Of a stretch of DNA of 64,000 nucleotides, positions 20,039 to 30,321 are shown in pieces. How positions within the stretch are numbered: the first letter of the stretch is position 1; each line of letters starts with the position of its first letter. Under the pieces are notes generated by a model, which did no database searches, had not been told where the DNA came from, and saw nothing but the letters and a program-made list of their open reading frames with translations. The DNA comes from Candidatus Woesearchaeota archaeon (GTDB lineage: Archaea; Nanobdellota; Nanobdellia; Woesearchaeales; ARS49): the NCBI GenBank assembly GCA_016203395.1, contig JACQMV010000035.1, positions 415 to 64,414 of the forward strand, written 5' to 3'. The translations under genes and the position numbers were made by a program.

Positions 20039-22058
20039 TTTCAAGCTCCATAAATTTTTTGAAAAACCTTTTTTGAAACCTATGCGGATTGCCACTCAGG
20101 TAATATCTTGAAACTCCTTCAGTATACAACAAACTAATTGCGAAATAAGCAGCAAAGCATGGCTTTTTTGCATAATCATACTTTTCTGCAATAGCCATAA
20201 GCCGCCTTACTGTCGGACTGTTGAGGTTCACATAAACCTCTGTTTTACCTGACAATCCGAACTCAGACATGCTGATAAGATTCTGACCGCCAGAAGAGCC
20301 ATATCCTGCTTGCAGAAAACTGAAAGGAAAATCTTTTGTTTCGTTCAACACCTTTTCAGCCATAACCTCAACAATCTTTTTTCCAAGGTCATACTCCCTT
20401 ATTGCCCCTCTAATCAAATCACAGAACCTTTTTTCTTCAGCACTCAAATTCTGTGCTGTAACCTTTGACATAAACCTATACTGTTCTTCAACTTTCTTAA
20501 CCGTAACAATCTGGCTAAGAAATTCTTCAGGAAATGTCGAAGCAGAATCATACAATTTTGTTCTTATTATCGTTTTTCCTGCCTTCTGAAGCGCACTTGT
20601 AAGATCATTATGAGAAGCAGCAACATACACTACTTTGTTCTCCTTTGCCAGTCTCAAGACATCAGTAATAGACAAACACTCTCCCTGAGTTGTTTGAAAA
20701 ATACGGCGCTGAAGACAATCAGCAGGCAGGAATTGCCATACTTTCTTTTTCCGCACAATCTGAAAACTTCCTTTCTGAGTAAGCTTGCCTACCTGAATAT
20801 CGTAATTTTCCTCATACACTGTTGCAGTGCATTCCCGCAAAGGCAGAAAAGAACGAGCATGCTCACTCTGTGCTACTGCTTTAAGCTTGAGTTTTTTCAA
20901 ATGATTTGAAAGTGTTTCCAACAAAATGGAATACTCCTGAGACAATTCACCAATTTCTTTGTAAAAATCGTAATCTGTTGAATGCCTCTGACGTAGTTGT
21001 TGCACATTCATTGTTGTTATTTCCTCTAAACGCCTGTAAATCTGCTTTACAAGAAGCGGCTCCTGAGCACGAACAATTGCTAACGCATGCTCAAAATAAG
21101 AATCCCTCATTGCCTGCGTTCTGTCAATAGTGTGTTTAAACCTCGGAGATTCCAATAGCACAGACCACGAGTCGTTGGTTAAATTCCTGCCTTGTTCAAT
21201 AGAAATACCGTGCTCCTCAATCTGATAATCTGCAACAGCACGTTCATTATTACGCTGTTTTCTCAGTGCAATAACTCCTTTCAAATCACCGCTTGAAAAC
21301 TTAATCTTTGCAACAGCATCCTCAATATCAAAGGGCCGGTTGATTGTCATTTTATTGATGTACATAGGAATTTCAATATGATGTGCCCGTGAAGTAACCT
21401 CAGACATCATTCTGCTGATGAAATCAACTGCATGATGCTGCGCATCAAAATGCCTAACAAAGATTTCTCTTGTTCCACGATCTTTTGGCTTTGTTTTTGA
21501 CAAAGCCGGATCAGTAATAAGGTCATAAACATAATTCAGCGATTTAATTGAAAATATCTGCTGATTGAACTGGTCTTCACGCCCGGTAACATTCGTAAAC
21601 CGCGCCTGCCACCACTCAGCGTCTTTTGTTGATTCAATAGCATACACGTCAGGAAGCAGTTTGAAAACTGATTTCCCTCCAATACCAAATTTGCCTGCTT
21701 TTGTTACATCAAACTCCTTGGCTGAAAAATACATGTTAAAAAACCTACTGTCACGGTCCTCATGAGTCATGCCTATACCATAGTCCTCAGATACTATCAT
21801 AACTGTGAAAAGAGAATTGCCACAATTTGCTTTAAACTCATCAAGCATACCCAATCCGGCAAGCCGTGAGTCTCTTTCAGCATCTGGCTTTTGCTCATCT
21901 AAAAAATACCACCAGTCTATCTGAGGCGTTTCTGAATCACGATGATTCTGAACAAGCTCTACCCACGCCATTTCAGCCCTTGGAAACTGGTCAACAACCT
22001 GCTCAAGATTTCTTCTGGCATCCTCAAGAACAGGATCATCAAGAACAAACTGCGTCAT
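20025..22058 (-). CDS. GHKL (HSP90/HtpG-like) ATPase
   Basis: Intact Bergerat-fold motifs: ELVQNHRDS (N box), EDYGIGM (G1), AGKFGIGGKSVF (G2), RGT; C-terminal VYVNLNSPTVRRL resembles the HSP90 middle-domain motif. Confidence 0.85.
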   Translation of the reverse strand: MTQFVLDDPVLEDARRNLEQVVDQFPRAEMAWVELVQNHRDSETPQIDWWYFLDEQKPDAERDSRLAGLGMLDEFKANCGNSLFTVMIVSEDYGIGMTHEDRDSRFFNMYFSAKEFDVTKAGKFGIGGKSVFKLLPDVYAIESTKDAEWWQARFTNVTGREDQFNQQIFSIKSLNYVYDLITDPALSKTKPKDRGTREIFVRHFDAQHHAVDFISRMMSEVTSRAHHIEIPMYINKMTINRPFDIEDAVAKIKFSSGDLKGVIALRKQRNNERAVADYQIEEHGISIEQGRNLTNDSWSVLLESPRFKHTIDRTQAMRDSYFEHALAIVRAQEPLLVKQIYRRLEEITTMNVQQLRQRHSTDYDFYKEIGELSQEYSILLETLSNHLKKLKLKAVAQSEHARSFLPLRECTATVYEENYDIQVGKLTQKGSFQIVRKKKVWQFLPADCLQRRIFQTTQGECLSITDVLRLAKENKVVYVAASHNDLTSALQKAGKTIIRTKLYDSASTFPEEFLSQIVTVKKVEEQYRFMSKVTAQNLSAEEKRFCDLIRGAIREYDLGKKIVEVMAEKVLNETKDFPFSFLQAGYGSSGGQNLISMSEFGLSGKTEVYVNLNSPTVRRLMAIAEKYDYAKKPCFAAYFAISLLYTEGVSRYYLSGNPHRFQKRFFKKFMELENARQ

Positions 22059-23037
22059 CTTTCACCCCGGGAATTACAAAAACACGCTCACCAACAAGAA
22101 TGTTTTTTGTTGAAACATAATAACGAGACAACAGTTCCCTAAATTCTGTTGAATCCCTGCTTGAATGATTCGCAGAAACCTCTTTTGACATGACTGCTAA
22201 AGCACAACCATCACCAATTGAGGAAAATACTTTGAAAGCAAGATCATCTGCCTGAATAGTTCTTTGAGTGACGCTCGTTGCAGGAAAATAAAAAGGGCCT
22301 ATTGTTGACATCGTAACCCTCAAAGGGCGTAAGTTTTTGTAATGCTGTATTATCTTAAAAAGTTCTGAGGGCTCAACATGATAAGCGCGCTCAAAAACAG
22401 AACGCAAAAAACTGCACAATTCAACACCATCAGGAGAAAACCTTATTTTGGCTTTTGAAAACAGCTTTTCAACATAAGCCATTTCTGCTGTATACTTCAC
22501 AAACAAGTTTTTTGTCACATCAAAACCATCAATAACAACATCAATTCCGTGCTCATTCTGCGTCCTGCCACTGTAACTAGCAGCAATGGAAATTAAAGCA
22601 ATGAAAGGAAAGTCTTTGACACGCTCATAATACTTTCTCATCTTCAAACTCTTTCTTGGAGCGTCTAATACGCTGAGAGATGGAACAGTAATTTCGGACA
22701 ATGTCTGCTTTACAAGCCCAACAACCTTTTCAGTATTATGAGTTCGCGCAAGACTATCACTGGCAATTCTTTTATCAACCTCTAATGCCATATAACTTCC
22801 TCTTGTCGGAAAACCAGATTCTAAATCAACCTCCAAACCATCATGAATTTTACAGGCAATCGCCGAAGTCATTAATGATAAGGAATCAATAATGTATTCT
22901 GTATCAGGATACCTTGGAGTAAGAATGCCCACTCTCTGCGAATGCCTTAAAGCAGAGAATAATAAAGAAAGATAATCTAGCGATTCCTGACTGGAAAATC
23001 TTTTGACAGGGGTTTCCAAAACAGGGTGTTGTAGCAT
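22039..23037 (-). CDS. Hypothetical protein in the ClpX/GHKL operon
   Basis: 332-aa ORF overlapping the GHKL start; conserved-looking motifs LESGFPT and IGPFYFP. Confidence 0.75.
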   Translation of the reverse strand: MLQHPVLETPVKRFSSQESLDYLSLLFSALRHSQRVGILTPRYPDTEYIIDSLSLMTSAIACKIHDGLEVDLESGFPTRGSYMALEVDKRIASDSLARTHNTEKVVGLVKQTLSEITVPSLSVLDAPRKSLKMRKYYERVKDFPFIALISIAASYSGRTQNEHGIDVVIDGFDVTKNLFVKYTAEMAYVEKLFSKAKIRFSPDGVELCSFLRSVFERAYHVEPSELFKIIQHYKNLRPLRVTMSTIGPFYFPATSVTQRTIQADDLAFKVFSSIGDGCALAVMSKEVSANHSSRDSTEFRELLSRYYVSTKNILVGERVFVIPGVKDDAVCS

Positions 23038-23054
23038 AGCATCATTTTTTTTTC

Positions 23055-24251
23055 TTATGGTGTATCTTCTTCTTTCGGTGAAGGGAGCTTTTTTACGTAT
23101 TCACTAAGCCCGGTTCCTTGCGAGTCAGCGGCAGCAAGATATCTCTGCACTGCAGAAGGATTGCCTTCTCTTAGTGACTGAAGTGTTGCAATAAGCGCCT
23201 GTTTCGCGCCTCCCTCATCAGCTACTAGTGCCTGGAGCGCGCTTTCAGCTGCCTGGTTGCTTGCATCAATAATGTCAGGAAGGAATACCTGAGAACTAAC
23301 TAATCCTTCATGATTCTTTGCAAGAAGTTCAAGTGACTGTCCGGATGCCTTCATTGTTGCATTCAAAACTTTATTTAGGTCAGTATACATTCCCGCAGTC
23401 TTCTCATATAGTTCTGCAACCTTTGCTAACTGAGTCATCTGTTTAAGCATTGGACCTTTTTTATCCAGTGTGCTTCCAACTTTAGCAACTTGATCAATAA
23501 GCATGGCTGCATAAAGCGCTAACTGTTGAGCTATTGCCCTGCTGCTTTCTATATCCTCAACAAGTTCATAAGTTCTTGATTTAGCAACAGAATTATTTAT
23601 TCTTGCTTCTTCAATGCTCTGCTCAAGCAAACTAATGGCTCTATGTAATTCTATGCCTTCTGTAGGCAATTCAGCAGCAGGAATGTTTTTATATTTTTTG
23701 AATTGCTCAGTTGCTAGCGCATATTGTCCATCAAGCTCTCTCCCATACTTTTCTATACGCTCTCTTGTTTTTGCAAGACCAACAAGTTCATCTTCTGCCT
23801 GGCTGATACTTGTTCTTAATTGTTTAAGCGTACTTAATATTCCTTCATCATTCTCAACATAGGTTCGTATAGTTGCAATGCGCTCTCTCGTTTTTGCAAT
23901 AAAACTTTCAAGAAATTCATTAACTTCCTGTCTTGCAAGATAACTGCCTAGCCAAGGAACTTTATGAACCAGAGCGTTGCCTGCTTCTTTTGCACTTTCC
24001 CATCTTTTTCCCTCTGAAAATATCCCTTTAACTGCAGGCAGAAACTCTTCGTGTTTCTTGACTGTAGCTGCGACCATGGTTCTGACCTCTTCCCATATCT
24101 TACCTGTTTCGCCCATAACTTTTTCTGCTTTTTTCCTTTTCTCAGCCCTTTCCAGTGACGCTTGTTTTGATTCTGCAATTAAATTAGTAAGTTCAGGTAG
24201 AGCAGCATTTGGCTCGGAAGTCATAAGTGATAATTTTCCTGAATTATTCAT
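23055..24251 (-). CDS. All-helical coiled-coil protein, TelA (toxic anion resistance)-like
   Basis: Long heptad-rich helices; KVPWLG segment and P-LKQ...LN--LN pattern resemble TelA (recognised by eye only). Confidence 0.55.
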   Translation of the reverse strand: MNNSGKLSLMTSEPNAALPELTNLIAESKQASLERAEKRKKAEKVMGETGKIWEEVRTMVAATVKKHEEFLPAVKGIFSEGKRWESAKEAGNALVHKVPWLGSYLARQEVNEFLESFIAKTRERIATIRTYVENDEGILSTLKQLRTSISQAEDELVGLAKTRERIEKYGRELDGQYALATEQFKKYKNIPAAELPTEGIELHRAISLLEQSIEEARINNSVAKSRTYELVEDIESSRAIAQQLALYAAMLIDQVAKVGSTLDKKGPMLKQMTQLAKVAELYEKTAGMYTDLNKVLNATMKASGQSLELLAKNHEGLVSSQVFLPDIIDASNQAAESALQALVADEGGAKQALIATLQSLREGNPSAVQRYLAAADSQGTGLSEYVKKLPSPKEEDTP

Positions 24252-26043
24252 TTTTATTGCCTGCCTTTTGCTTTAGCTTTCGCTTAACATAGCTATTTAA
24301 ATAAGCATCAGGATTGTTTAAGAAATCTTTAGTAACTGTAAACGTATCTTGTTTTATAAGCTTTAAAGCATACGGAAGAGTGGCTGTTGCGCTTTCAAGC
24401 GCACTAATAAATGCCTGCGGCCTCAAAGCATCAAATTCTATTCCTTTAACATTAATCCTCAAAGCAATGTCTTCTTTAGTAAGATACTTTCTTGCAAATC
24501 CTCTAAAATAGTGCTGTATGAAAAAGCAATCACTCTCTGCTTTCGGCTCCTGCACAAAAGAAGGCGAGATTCTCACATTATTAACTCCTGTTAATCCAGG
24601 AAGACCGGTTCTTAAATGACAAAGAACGTCCTCAGTAACAGTCATTATTGACCTTGCACCAAGCCCAAGAGAGTGCGCTTTTTTGGCCATTGCTCTTAAG
24701 GCATCATCATCAAATTCTACACTAACACCTGTTGCAGAACGTATCAGATTCTGCTGTTGCTTCAAAAGAGAAATATCTGACTCAGTCATTATGCGCAAAA
24801 TGTCATTTTCTGTAAGATCATGAAATGGAGCAATATATGGAAGACGACCAACTAACTGGTGAAGGAAGCCATACTCGGTAAGGTCCTGTGAACTAACTTT
24901 TGTTAAAAGCCCATACTTTCTTGCACTAGCAACATCGTTTGTTTCTCTCTTAAACCCTACTGTCTGTTCTCCTAAACGTTTTTCAACAATGTCTTCAATA
25001 CCTTCAAAAGCACCACCTAAAACAAAAAGAATGTATTTTGTGGATATTTTTCTCTGATTGCCGAACATTGTTGTCAGTGGGTTATGATCAGGTAAAGCAT
25101 CAATCAAGCAGTTTTCAAGCATTCTCAAAAATGTTCCCTGAGTTTCTTTTGAAAACCAACCACCCACTCCTTCAGTGCCTTTTACAAGTTTGTCTGCCTC
25201 ATCAATAAAAATAACGCCATAAGGCACAAGAGAATGATCCTTTGACTGCTTGTATAATTCCCTTACTGCATCAGTAGCATCTTTGCCGTAAATTCCTGTT
25301 GGAGTAAACTGGGTTGCATCAACTGCAAGAAAAGGAAGACCTACTACTTTTGCAAGAGCACTGACAAGCGAAGTCTTACCAACACCAGTTGAGCCGATGC
25401 ACAAAACACCACCTTTGCGATAATCTGGAATTTCAGCTCCTTTAATTGCTTGCTGAACAGCACTTGCATGATAAAAGAATGCATTAGCCAATACCTGTTT
25501 AGCCCCATCCTGACCAATAATAGTTTTGTCAAGGGCGGCAATCATTTCCAAAGGCAAAGGGCAGTGTGTGAGAGATTTTGGCTGAGCAGATACTTTATGT
25601 TCGGCTTCAGAAACAGGAGATTCTGGCTGAAAAAAAGGAGAGTTCTCAAATATCTCTCTGAACAGGTCCTTAGGAAATAAGTCCTCAGGAGAACCACTTA
25701 ACTTTCTCATGTTTTTCAACACCTCTTTGAGCATTTGTTCCCTTTTACCTTCTAAAATCGGCCGCACCTTATCTGGAGGAGGTAATTTATTATCTACAAC
25801 AAGCTGATGAAGTTTAGAATACATTGTTGAACCGTCATCTTTTTTTGAAGGAGCATAGCCAAACCTTTGGTCATATCCGTCAACAAACGCGGTTATTCTT
25901 CCTTTCACAAATGGCTTTGCTGCCCTAGTTAAGAAATTTGTTGGCATGCTATCAATTTCATTCATAATTGCTTTTGCATACGCCCTTACTTTTTCCGTCT
26001 CTGATAACTTATCCCACGCAGGGTCCTTTTCACGGTCAGCCAT
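24244..26043 (-). CDS. ClpX-like AAA+ unfoldase with a non-zinc N-terminal domain
   Basis: LDKTIIGQDGAK, Walker A GSTGVGKT, DATQFT, Walker B IFIDEADK, LFVLGGAFEG, VGF loop, LVGRLP, LGARS. Confidence 0.88.
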   Translation of the reverse strand: MADREKDPAWDKLSETEKVRAYAKAIMNEIDSMPTNFLTRAAKPFVKGRITAFVDGYDQRFGYAPSKKDDGSTMYSKLHQLVVDNKLPPPDKVRPILEGKREQMLKEVLKNMRKLSGSPEDLFPKDLFREIFENSPFFQPESPVSEAEHKVSAQPKSLTHCPLPLEMIAALDKTIIGQDGAKQVLANAFFYHASAVQQAIKGAEIPDYRKGGVLCIGSTGVGKTSLVSALAKVVGLPFLAVDATQFTPTGIYGKDATDAVRELYKQSKDHSLVPYGVIFIDEADKLVKGTEGVGGWFSKETQGTFLRMLENCLIDALPDHNPLTTMFGNQRKISTKYILFVLGGAFEGIEDIVEKRLGEQTVGFKRETNDVASARKYGLLTKVSSQDLTEYGFLHQLVGRLPYIAPFHDLTENDILRIMTESDISLLKQQQNLIRSATGVSVEFDDDALRAMAKKAHSLGLGARSIMTVTEDVLCHLRTGLPGLTGVNNVRISPSFVQEPKAESDCFFIQHYFRGFARKYLTKEDIALRINVKGIEFDALRPQAFISALESATATLPYALKLIKQDTFTVTKDFLNNPDAYLNSYVKRKLKQKAGNKNE

Positions 26044-26064
26044 TCAAAAGTTATATCTGGATAG

Positions 26065-26072
26065 TTTATAAA
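26065..26072 (-). promoter_or_regulatory. TATA box of the ClpX/GHKL operon
   Basis: TTTATAAA 22-29 bp upstream of ATG 26043. Confidence 0.6.
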
Positions 26073-26109
26073 CCTATCTTAAAAAACTCACTACCGAGTG
26101 AGCACACTC

Positions 26110-26445
26110 CTGCTAAAAATCATCTGAGCAAATAACATATCTGCCTTGCAGCCCGTGCTAATTCTTGTCTTAAATGATGTTATAGGTTATCAGCAGCCAT
26201 TGCTAATTCTTATCTTAAGAGGTTATAACTTATCAGCAATCTTTGTGCTATGATTGTGAACTTTAACGCAATTAGCCGTTTTATTGACAAGAGCAATACC
26301 ATTTGTTGCAAATGATTGCAAACACGGTGCAAGCACATGGTAAGAGCTAAGTATAGCAACAAAACAAGATACCTTCAAACTACTCATCAAGCCACAAGAG
26401 CTGCGAGCCAGATACTAATTTATACACCCGGAGTATTTTTAGCAG
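26110..26445 (+). repeat. Dispersed intergenic repeat, long copy with perfect 11-bp terminal inverted repeats
   Basis: CTGCTAAAAAT (26110-26120) ... ATTTTTAGCAG (26435-26445); duplicated TGCTAATTCTT..TATCAGCA module at 26156 and 26201; core aligns with 9076-9238. Confidence 0.88.
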
Positions 26446-26455
26446 ATTTTAGTAA

Positions 26456-27364
26456 TCAATTATTGTGAATGGCTACGATATTAATATTATGCCAGTATTC
26501 GTAGCCGTTTTTGTTATCATACTTAAGCCCGAGCTTGCGTAAGTATGCCATCCATCTTTGATTGTTTAGAATATTATTAACTTTCAAAGGAACATTCTTA
26601 GAACAGAGCGAAACATGCGCATTTGCTTTTTCAAACAACTTAGGACATAATGAAGAAGCATTCACAGCCAAAACGCCCTTTTTGTTTAAATACTTCCGTC
26701 CTTCACTCAGCAGGTGCTCAAGCAAGCCAATTCCCTCATAAGCGTTATCATCAATGCTGTTAGGCCTTGGAACATAAGGAGGATTACATATCAACAAATC
26801 AAATTTCTGCCTGGAAATTATTTGCAAACCATCCCCAACAAGGAATTTTGCACGTTCGTCCTGTATATTATCCTGCGCGCAACGAATTGCATACACATTA
26901 AGATCATTTACGAGAAGTTCATTCATTTCTGGAAGCTTGTGAAGAACATATTTGCTTAAAAATCCAGAGCCGCAACCAATTTCACAAGCAACCCTGAAAT
27001 CCTGCCTATCACAAAATAACTGTCTAAGAGCATTTGCAAAAACCAGGGTATCAATAGAAGGAGACCATACTCCTCTATATGGGGCGCTCGTGTGAACGCT
27101 TATTCCGTCATATTCCATCCATTTTTTTGGAGAACTGAATAGCGAAAATAATGTATCGCGAATCCTTGGAGCCAATTGCGAAATCCGCCAGTTGTCTGTT
27201 ACAAGAACAGGATCATCAAACTCATACACCCATTCTCTCATACTATCAGGATAAGCATGCACTCTTTTGCCGTCTTCCCTGTCCTTGCCCATTATTGATG
27301 CGAGCTCATCGCCATTTGCAAGAATTGCCTGTCTGGTGATAGCGGTATTGAATTGGGTAATCAT
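26456..27364 (-). CDS. Class I SAM-dependent methyltransferase (HemK/PrmC-like NPPY type)
   Basis: VWSPSIDT, EIGCGSG, VNDLN, ICNPPY. Confidence 0.85.
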   Translation of the reverse strand: MITQFNTAITRQAILANGDELASIMGKDREDGKRVHAYPDSMREWVYEFDDPVLVTDNWRISQLAPRIRDTLFSLFSSPKKWMEYDGISVHTSAPYRGVWSPSIDTLVFANALRQLFCDRQDFRVACEIGCGSGFLSKYVLHKLPEMNELLVNDLNVYAIRCAQDNIQDERAKFLVGDGLQIISRQKFDLLICNPPYVPRPNSIDDNAYEGIGLLEHLLSEGRKYLNKKGVLAVNASSLCPKLFEKANAHVSLCSKNVPLKVNNILNNQRWMAYLRKLGLKYDNKNGYEYWHNINIVAIHNN

Positions 27365-28251
27365 GATGACTCCGGCACAATCACATTGAGCGGTTGATTG
27401 CTTACTCTTATTATCGCAGTGCTACCCCTATGAAATTCATAGTTTTCCCAACAGTCAGAGGTTGCAATGCCCTCTGAATCATTCAAAGACTGAAGCTCAA
27501 CAACATCTCCTGGAAAAAGCTCCCCTTCAAAAATGTTTACACCTCTCTTGAACCTATATGGCTCTGTAGCAATAAAAACTGCTTTCTGCTCTGTCGGTGC
27601 AAAAACTCTCCCTTCATTATGCAAGTATCGTACTGTAGAATCATACCATCCGGTGCTCCCTGCACCAGTTGCAAAAATAAACCCTGAATTTTTTTGCTCA
27701 TACTTCATTTCGCCGAGCCTCCCGCGATAAACCAAAACGTGCCTTGACATAAACTCTCTTAGTCTTTCTCCAAAAAAGTATTCGCTCGTACCAAGAGCCA
27801 TTGGCTTATTATCAACAAATCCCTCAAGCCGCGTCCACTTATTTATACGATACTGCTTATTATGAATCCTTTCAATTACCTGTTCAGGAGTTTCAGAACC
27901 CCAACCGCACAACGCGCCTATACTTCTTGAAGGGTCAGAATTAACACCCATAATAGGAATACTATCAAGAAAATGAGTTACGTAAGTAAAACTATTGTCG
28001 CCTCCCAAAGAAACAACTAAGTCCTGCTCTTTAACTGGTTCTTTAAGCCCGGACATTGCAATCATGCGCGCGTCAGGAAGCAATTCAGCAAAACGTTTGC
28101 GCACAAAAAGCTGGTGTTCATGACTGTCAATAATTACTTTCAGGTTTGCACCCTCACTGCTATATTTCTTAACAAGTTCTTCATGCGAAATCCCGAACTT
28201 TTTTCTATCCCACTCATACTTTGATTCCTTTGCAACAATAAGAATCCTCAT
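27361..28251 (-). CDS. NAD(+) kinase-like protein
   Basis: VVSLGGDNSF, GVNSDP-RS-G-LC, SE motif, ATGAGSTGW. Confidence 0.85.
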   Translation of the reverse strand: MRILIVAKESKYEWDRKKFGISHEELVKKYSSEGANLKVIIDSHEHQLFVRKRFAELLPDARMIAMSGLKEPVKEQDLVVSLGGDNSFTYVTHFLDSIPIMGVNSDPSRSIGALCGWGSETPEQVIERIHNKQYRINKWTRLEGFVDNKPMALGTSEYFFGERLREFMSRHVLVYRGRLGEMKYEQKNSGFIFATGAGSTGWYDSTVRYLHNEGRVFAPTEQKAVFIATEPYRFKRGVNIFEGELFPGDVVELQSLNDSEGIATSDCWENYEFHRGSTAIIRVSNQPLNVIVPESS

Positions 28252-29231
28252 TTATCCCTCCCAAGAGAGAGCATTTTCTGAATTGCATTAAGCGCTTTCA
28301 TCCTTACCTCTTCAGAAACGGTTATTTTAAAAACATCATCCTCCAGTGAACGTCTTACCTTCCCAAGAGTGATAGCTTTCATGTACGGGCATACACAGGA
28401 CTCGTCACAACTTTTGTGATTGTAAACTGCAAAAAACTGTTTAAGAGGGTGAGCGCGCTGAAGCATCTGAACAAGTCCGAGCTCTGTGCCAATAATAAAT
28501 TCTTTTTCTGAGGAAGCTCTTACAAAATCCACCATGCCTGTGGTTGATAACACTTCATCAGCCAGCTCGGTAACATCAGGAGAACATTCAGGATGCGCCA
28601 AAACAACAGCACAAGGATGTTGCGCAATCACACTCTCAATAAGCTCTTTCGTAATTGCCTTATGAACAGGACAATAACCTTCCCATGGAATTATTGTCTT
28701 ACTGGTTTTCGGCTGGAAGGAATAATAAAGATTTTTATCAGGAGCAAGAAGCACTTTATCACTATCAACTGCTTCAATCGCTTTTAACGTATTTGCTGAA
28801 GTGCAGATTATGTCTGCATGCGCCTTAACTGCTGCTGATGAATTAATATACAAAACCAACGGCAGCCCGGGATATCTTGCTTTCCATTCAACAACCTTTT
28901 GTTCATCAATAGTATCTGCAAGAGCACACCCTGCTTCACGCGAAGGCAGGAGAACTGTTTTTTCCGGATTAAGAATTTTGGCAGTTTCAGCCATGAAGTG
29001 AACACCACAAAAAACAATTCTATCATGTCTTGTTTTTGTCGCTTGCATACTTAATCCATATGAGTCTCCAACAAAGTCAGCTATCTCGTGCACTTCAGGA
29101 CGCTGGTAGGTGTGACACAACACCAAACAGTTTTTCTCTGCTTTCAAAGAACGTATTGCTAAAACATTCTCCTGCACACTAAGAGAGTCATACGCGTCCT
29201 TATTATTAATTATTTTGAAAGGACTTTCCAT
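28248..29231 (-). CDS. nadA: Quinolinate synthase
   Basis: [44 protein letters not shown]. Confidence 0.96.
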   Translation of the reverse strand: MESPFKIINNKDAYDSLSVQENVLAIRSLKAEKNCLVLCHTYQRPEVHEIADFVGDSYGLSMQATKTRHDRIVFCGVHFMAETAKILNPEKTVLLPSREAGCALADTIDEQKVVEWKARYPGLPLVLYINSSAAVKAHADIICTSANTLKAIEAVDSDKVLLAPDKNLYYSFQPKTSKTIIPWEGYCPVHKAITKELIESVIAQHPCAVVLAHPECSPDVTELADEVLSTTGMVDFVRASSEKEFIIGTELGLVQMLQRAHPLKQFFAVYNHKSCDESCVCPYMKAITLGKVRRSLEDDVFKITVSEEVRMKALNAIQKMLSLGRDK

Positions 29232-29638
29232 TCTTCATACTCCCTCACTCTTTTGTTGTGGTCAAACGCCAACTTAGGAATCTGCGAAAGTGGAAACACT
29301 CCTGCTTTCTTTGCATCATCCTTTCCTATGGGAATTCCTGTTGCACGACCAACAAAGCCAACACTGTTAACATGGGCTCTTGGATCACGATCTGGCTCAG
29401 AATACGCCCTTAGCTGGCAGTCATACAATTCAACATCAAGAGTTGTTTCTTCTTTTGATTCTCTGACTGCTGCTTCCTCAAGAGTTTCTCCCACTTCCTG
29501 AAAACCACCTGGCAAAGCCAACATTCCCTGAAAAGGCGGGTTTTTTCTTGTCACCAAAACAATGCCTGTCATTTTATTATCCTCATAATGCTCTATAATC
29601 ACATCAACTGCTGTTGGAGGATTATTATTATGACTCAT
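29210..29638 (-). CDS. Nudix hydrolase (ADP-ribose pyrophosphatase-like)
   Basis: Nudix box [25 protein letters not shown]; [17 protein letters not shown]; GGAGG before ATG 29638. Confidence 0.9.
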   Translation of the reverse strand: MSHNNNPPTAVDVIIEHYEDNKMTGIVLVTRKNPPFQGMLALPGGFQEVGETLEEAAVRESKEETTLDVELYDCQLRAYSEPDRDPRAHVNSVGFVGRATGIPIGKDDAKKAGVFPLSQIPKLAFDHNKRVREYEEWKVLSK

Positions 29639-30321
29639 ACCAACGCCTCCAGTTTTCCTTGCATAATATCTTCTGTTTTGACTAACAAAACCCCTTCTTT
29701 TTCCCAACTATCAAGAAGAGCGAGCTCTGACTTGTCAAATTCTTTCACAGCATCAGAAACAACTGCAATCTTGTAACCAAGTTCTACAAAATAGTCCTTA
29801 GCTTCTTTCACGCAATAACCAAGCACGAGCCCTGCCAAAACAATAACTCTCGGCTCAATCATTGCAAGCGCAGGAGCAACATTATAATTCACTCTGGGAG
29901 AAAGCGAAGCATCAGCACCAACATCAGTACTTCTTTCTGCCTTTTCAAAATACACTGGCTCGTTAAAATTCACTATTGACTCTAGTTTTTCTTTTGAAAC
30001 GCACTCAATAGGAACATATACTGCATCTGGAAGCTTTGTTTCTTCAATCTGCATCTGCCCGGGAGTGCCTTTCACACCATGCTTTGGCCATTTTGAAAAA
30101 TGTTTCACATCAGTAGTGTGAGCATCCACCCCTCCAAGAATCTTCCAGTTAGGATTAGTCCATGCGTAGGTAACTAATTGCTTAAGATTCGGACGAATAA
30201 CTGAAGAGCCAGCCACTGGCAAGCCAGGAACATACACTTTCCCATTATGGCTGAACCTTGTATCAAAAAAATCATTTATTGTATCAGTCAACCAAAGAAT
30301 ACTTGTTTTCTGAGCCCTCAT
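29635..30321 (-). CDS. pncA: Nicotinamidase (isochorismatase family)
   Basis: [28 protein letters not shown]; adjacent to pncB. Confidence 0.85.
   Translation of the reverse strand: MRAQKTSILWLTDTINDFFDTRFSHNGKVYVPGLPVAGSSVIRPNLKQLVTYAWTNPNWKILGGVDAHTTDVKHFSKWPKHGVKGTPGQMQIEETKLPDAVYVPIECVSKEKLESIVNFNEPVYFEKAERSTDVGADASLSPRVNYNVAPALAMIEPRVIVLAGLVLGYCVKEAKDYFVELGYKIAVVSDAVKEFDKSELALLDSWEKEGVLLVKTEDIMQGKLEALV

Noticed and set aside
20025-22058. GHKL protein as GyrB, TopoVI-B, MutL, histidine kinase or canonical HtpG
   Set aside because: No TOPRIM, H-box or MutL motifs or partner genes; the G2 box GKFGIG is HSP90-like, but other canonical HtpG signatures and chaperone context are missing
13611-26043. 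Accessory operons as a provirus or integrative element
   Set aside because: No integrase, terminase, capsid, replication or conjugation genes and no att-like direct repeats or tRNA target seen
29210-29638. Nudix protein as the NrtR repressor binding the shared motif
   Set aside because: Only ~142 aa, ending shortly after LAFDH with no C-terminal winged-helix domain
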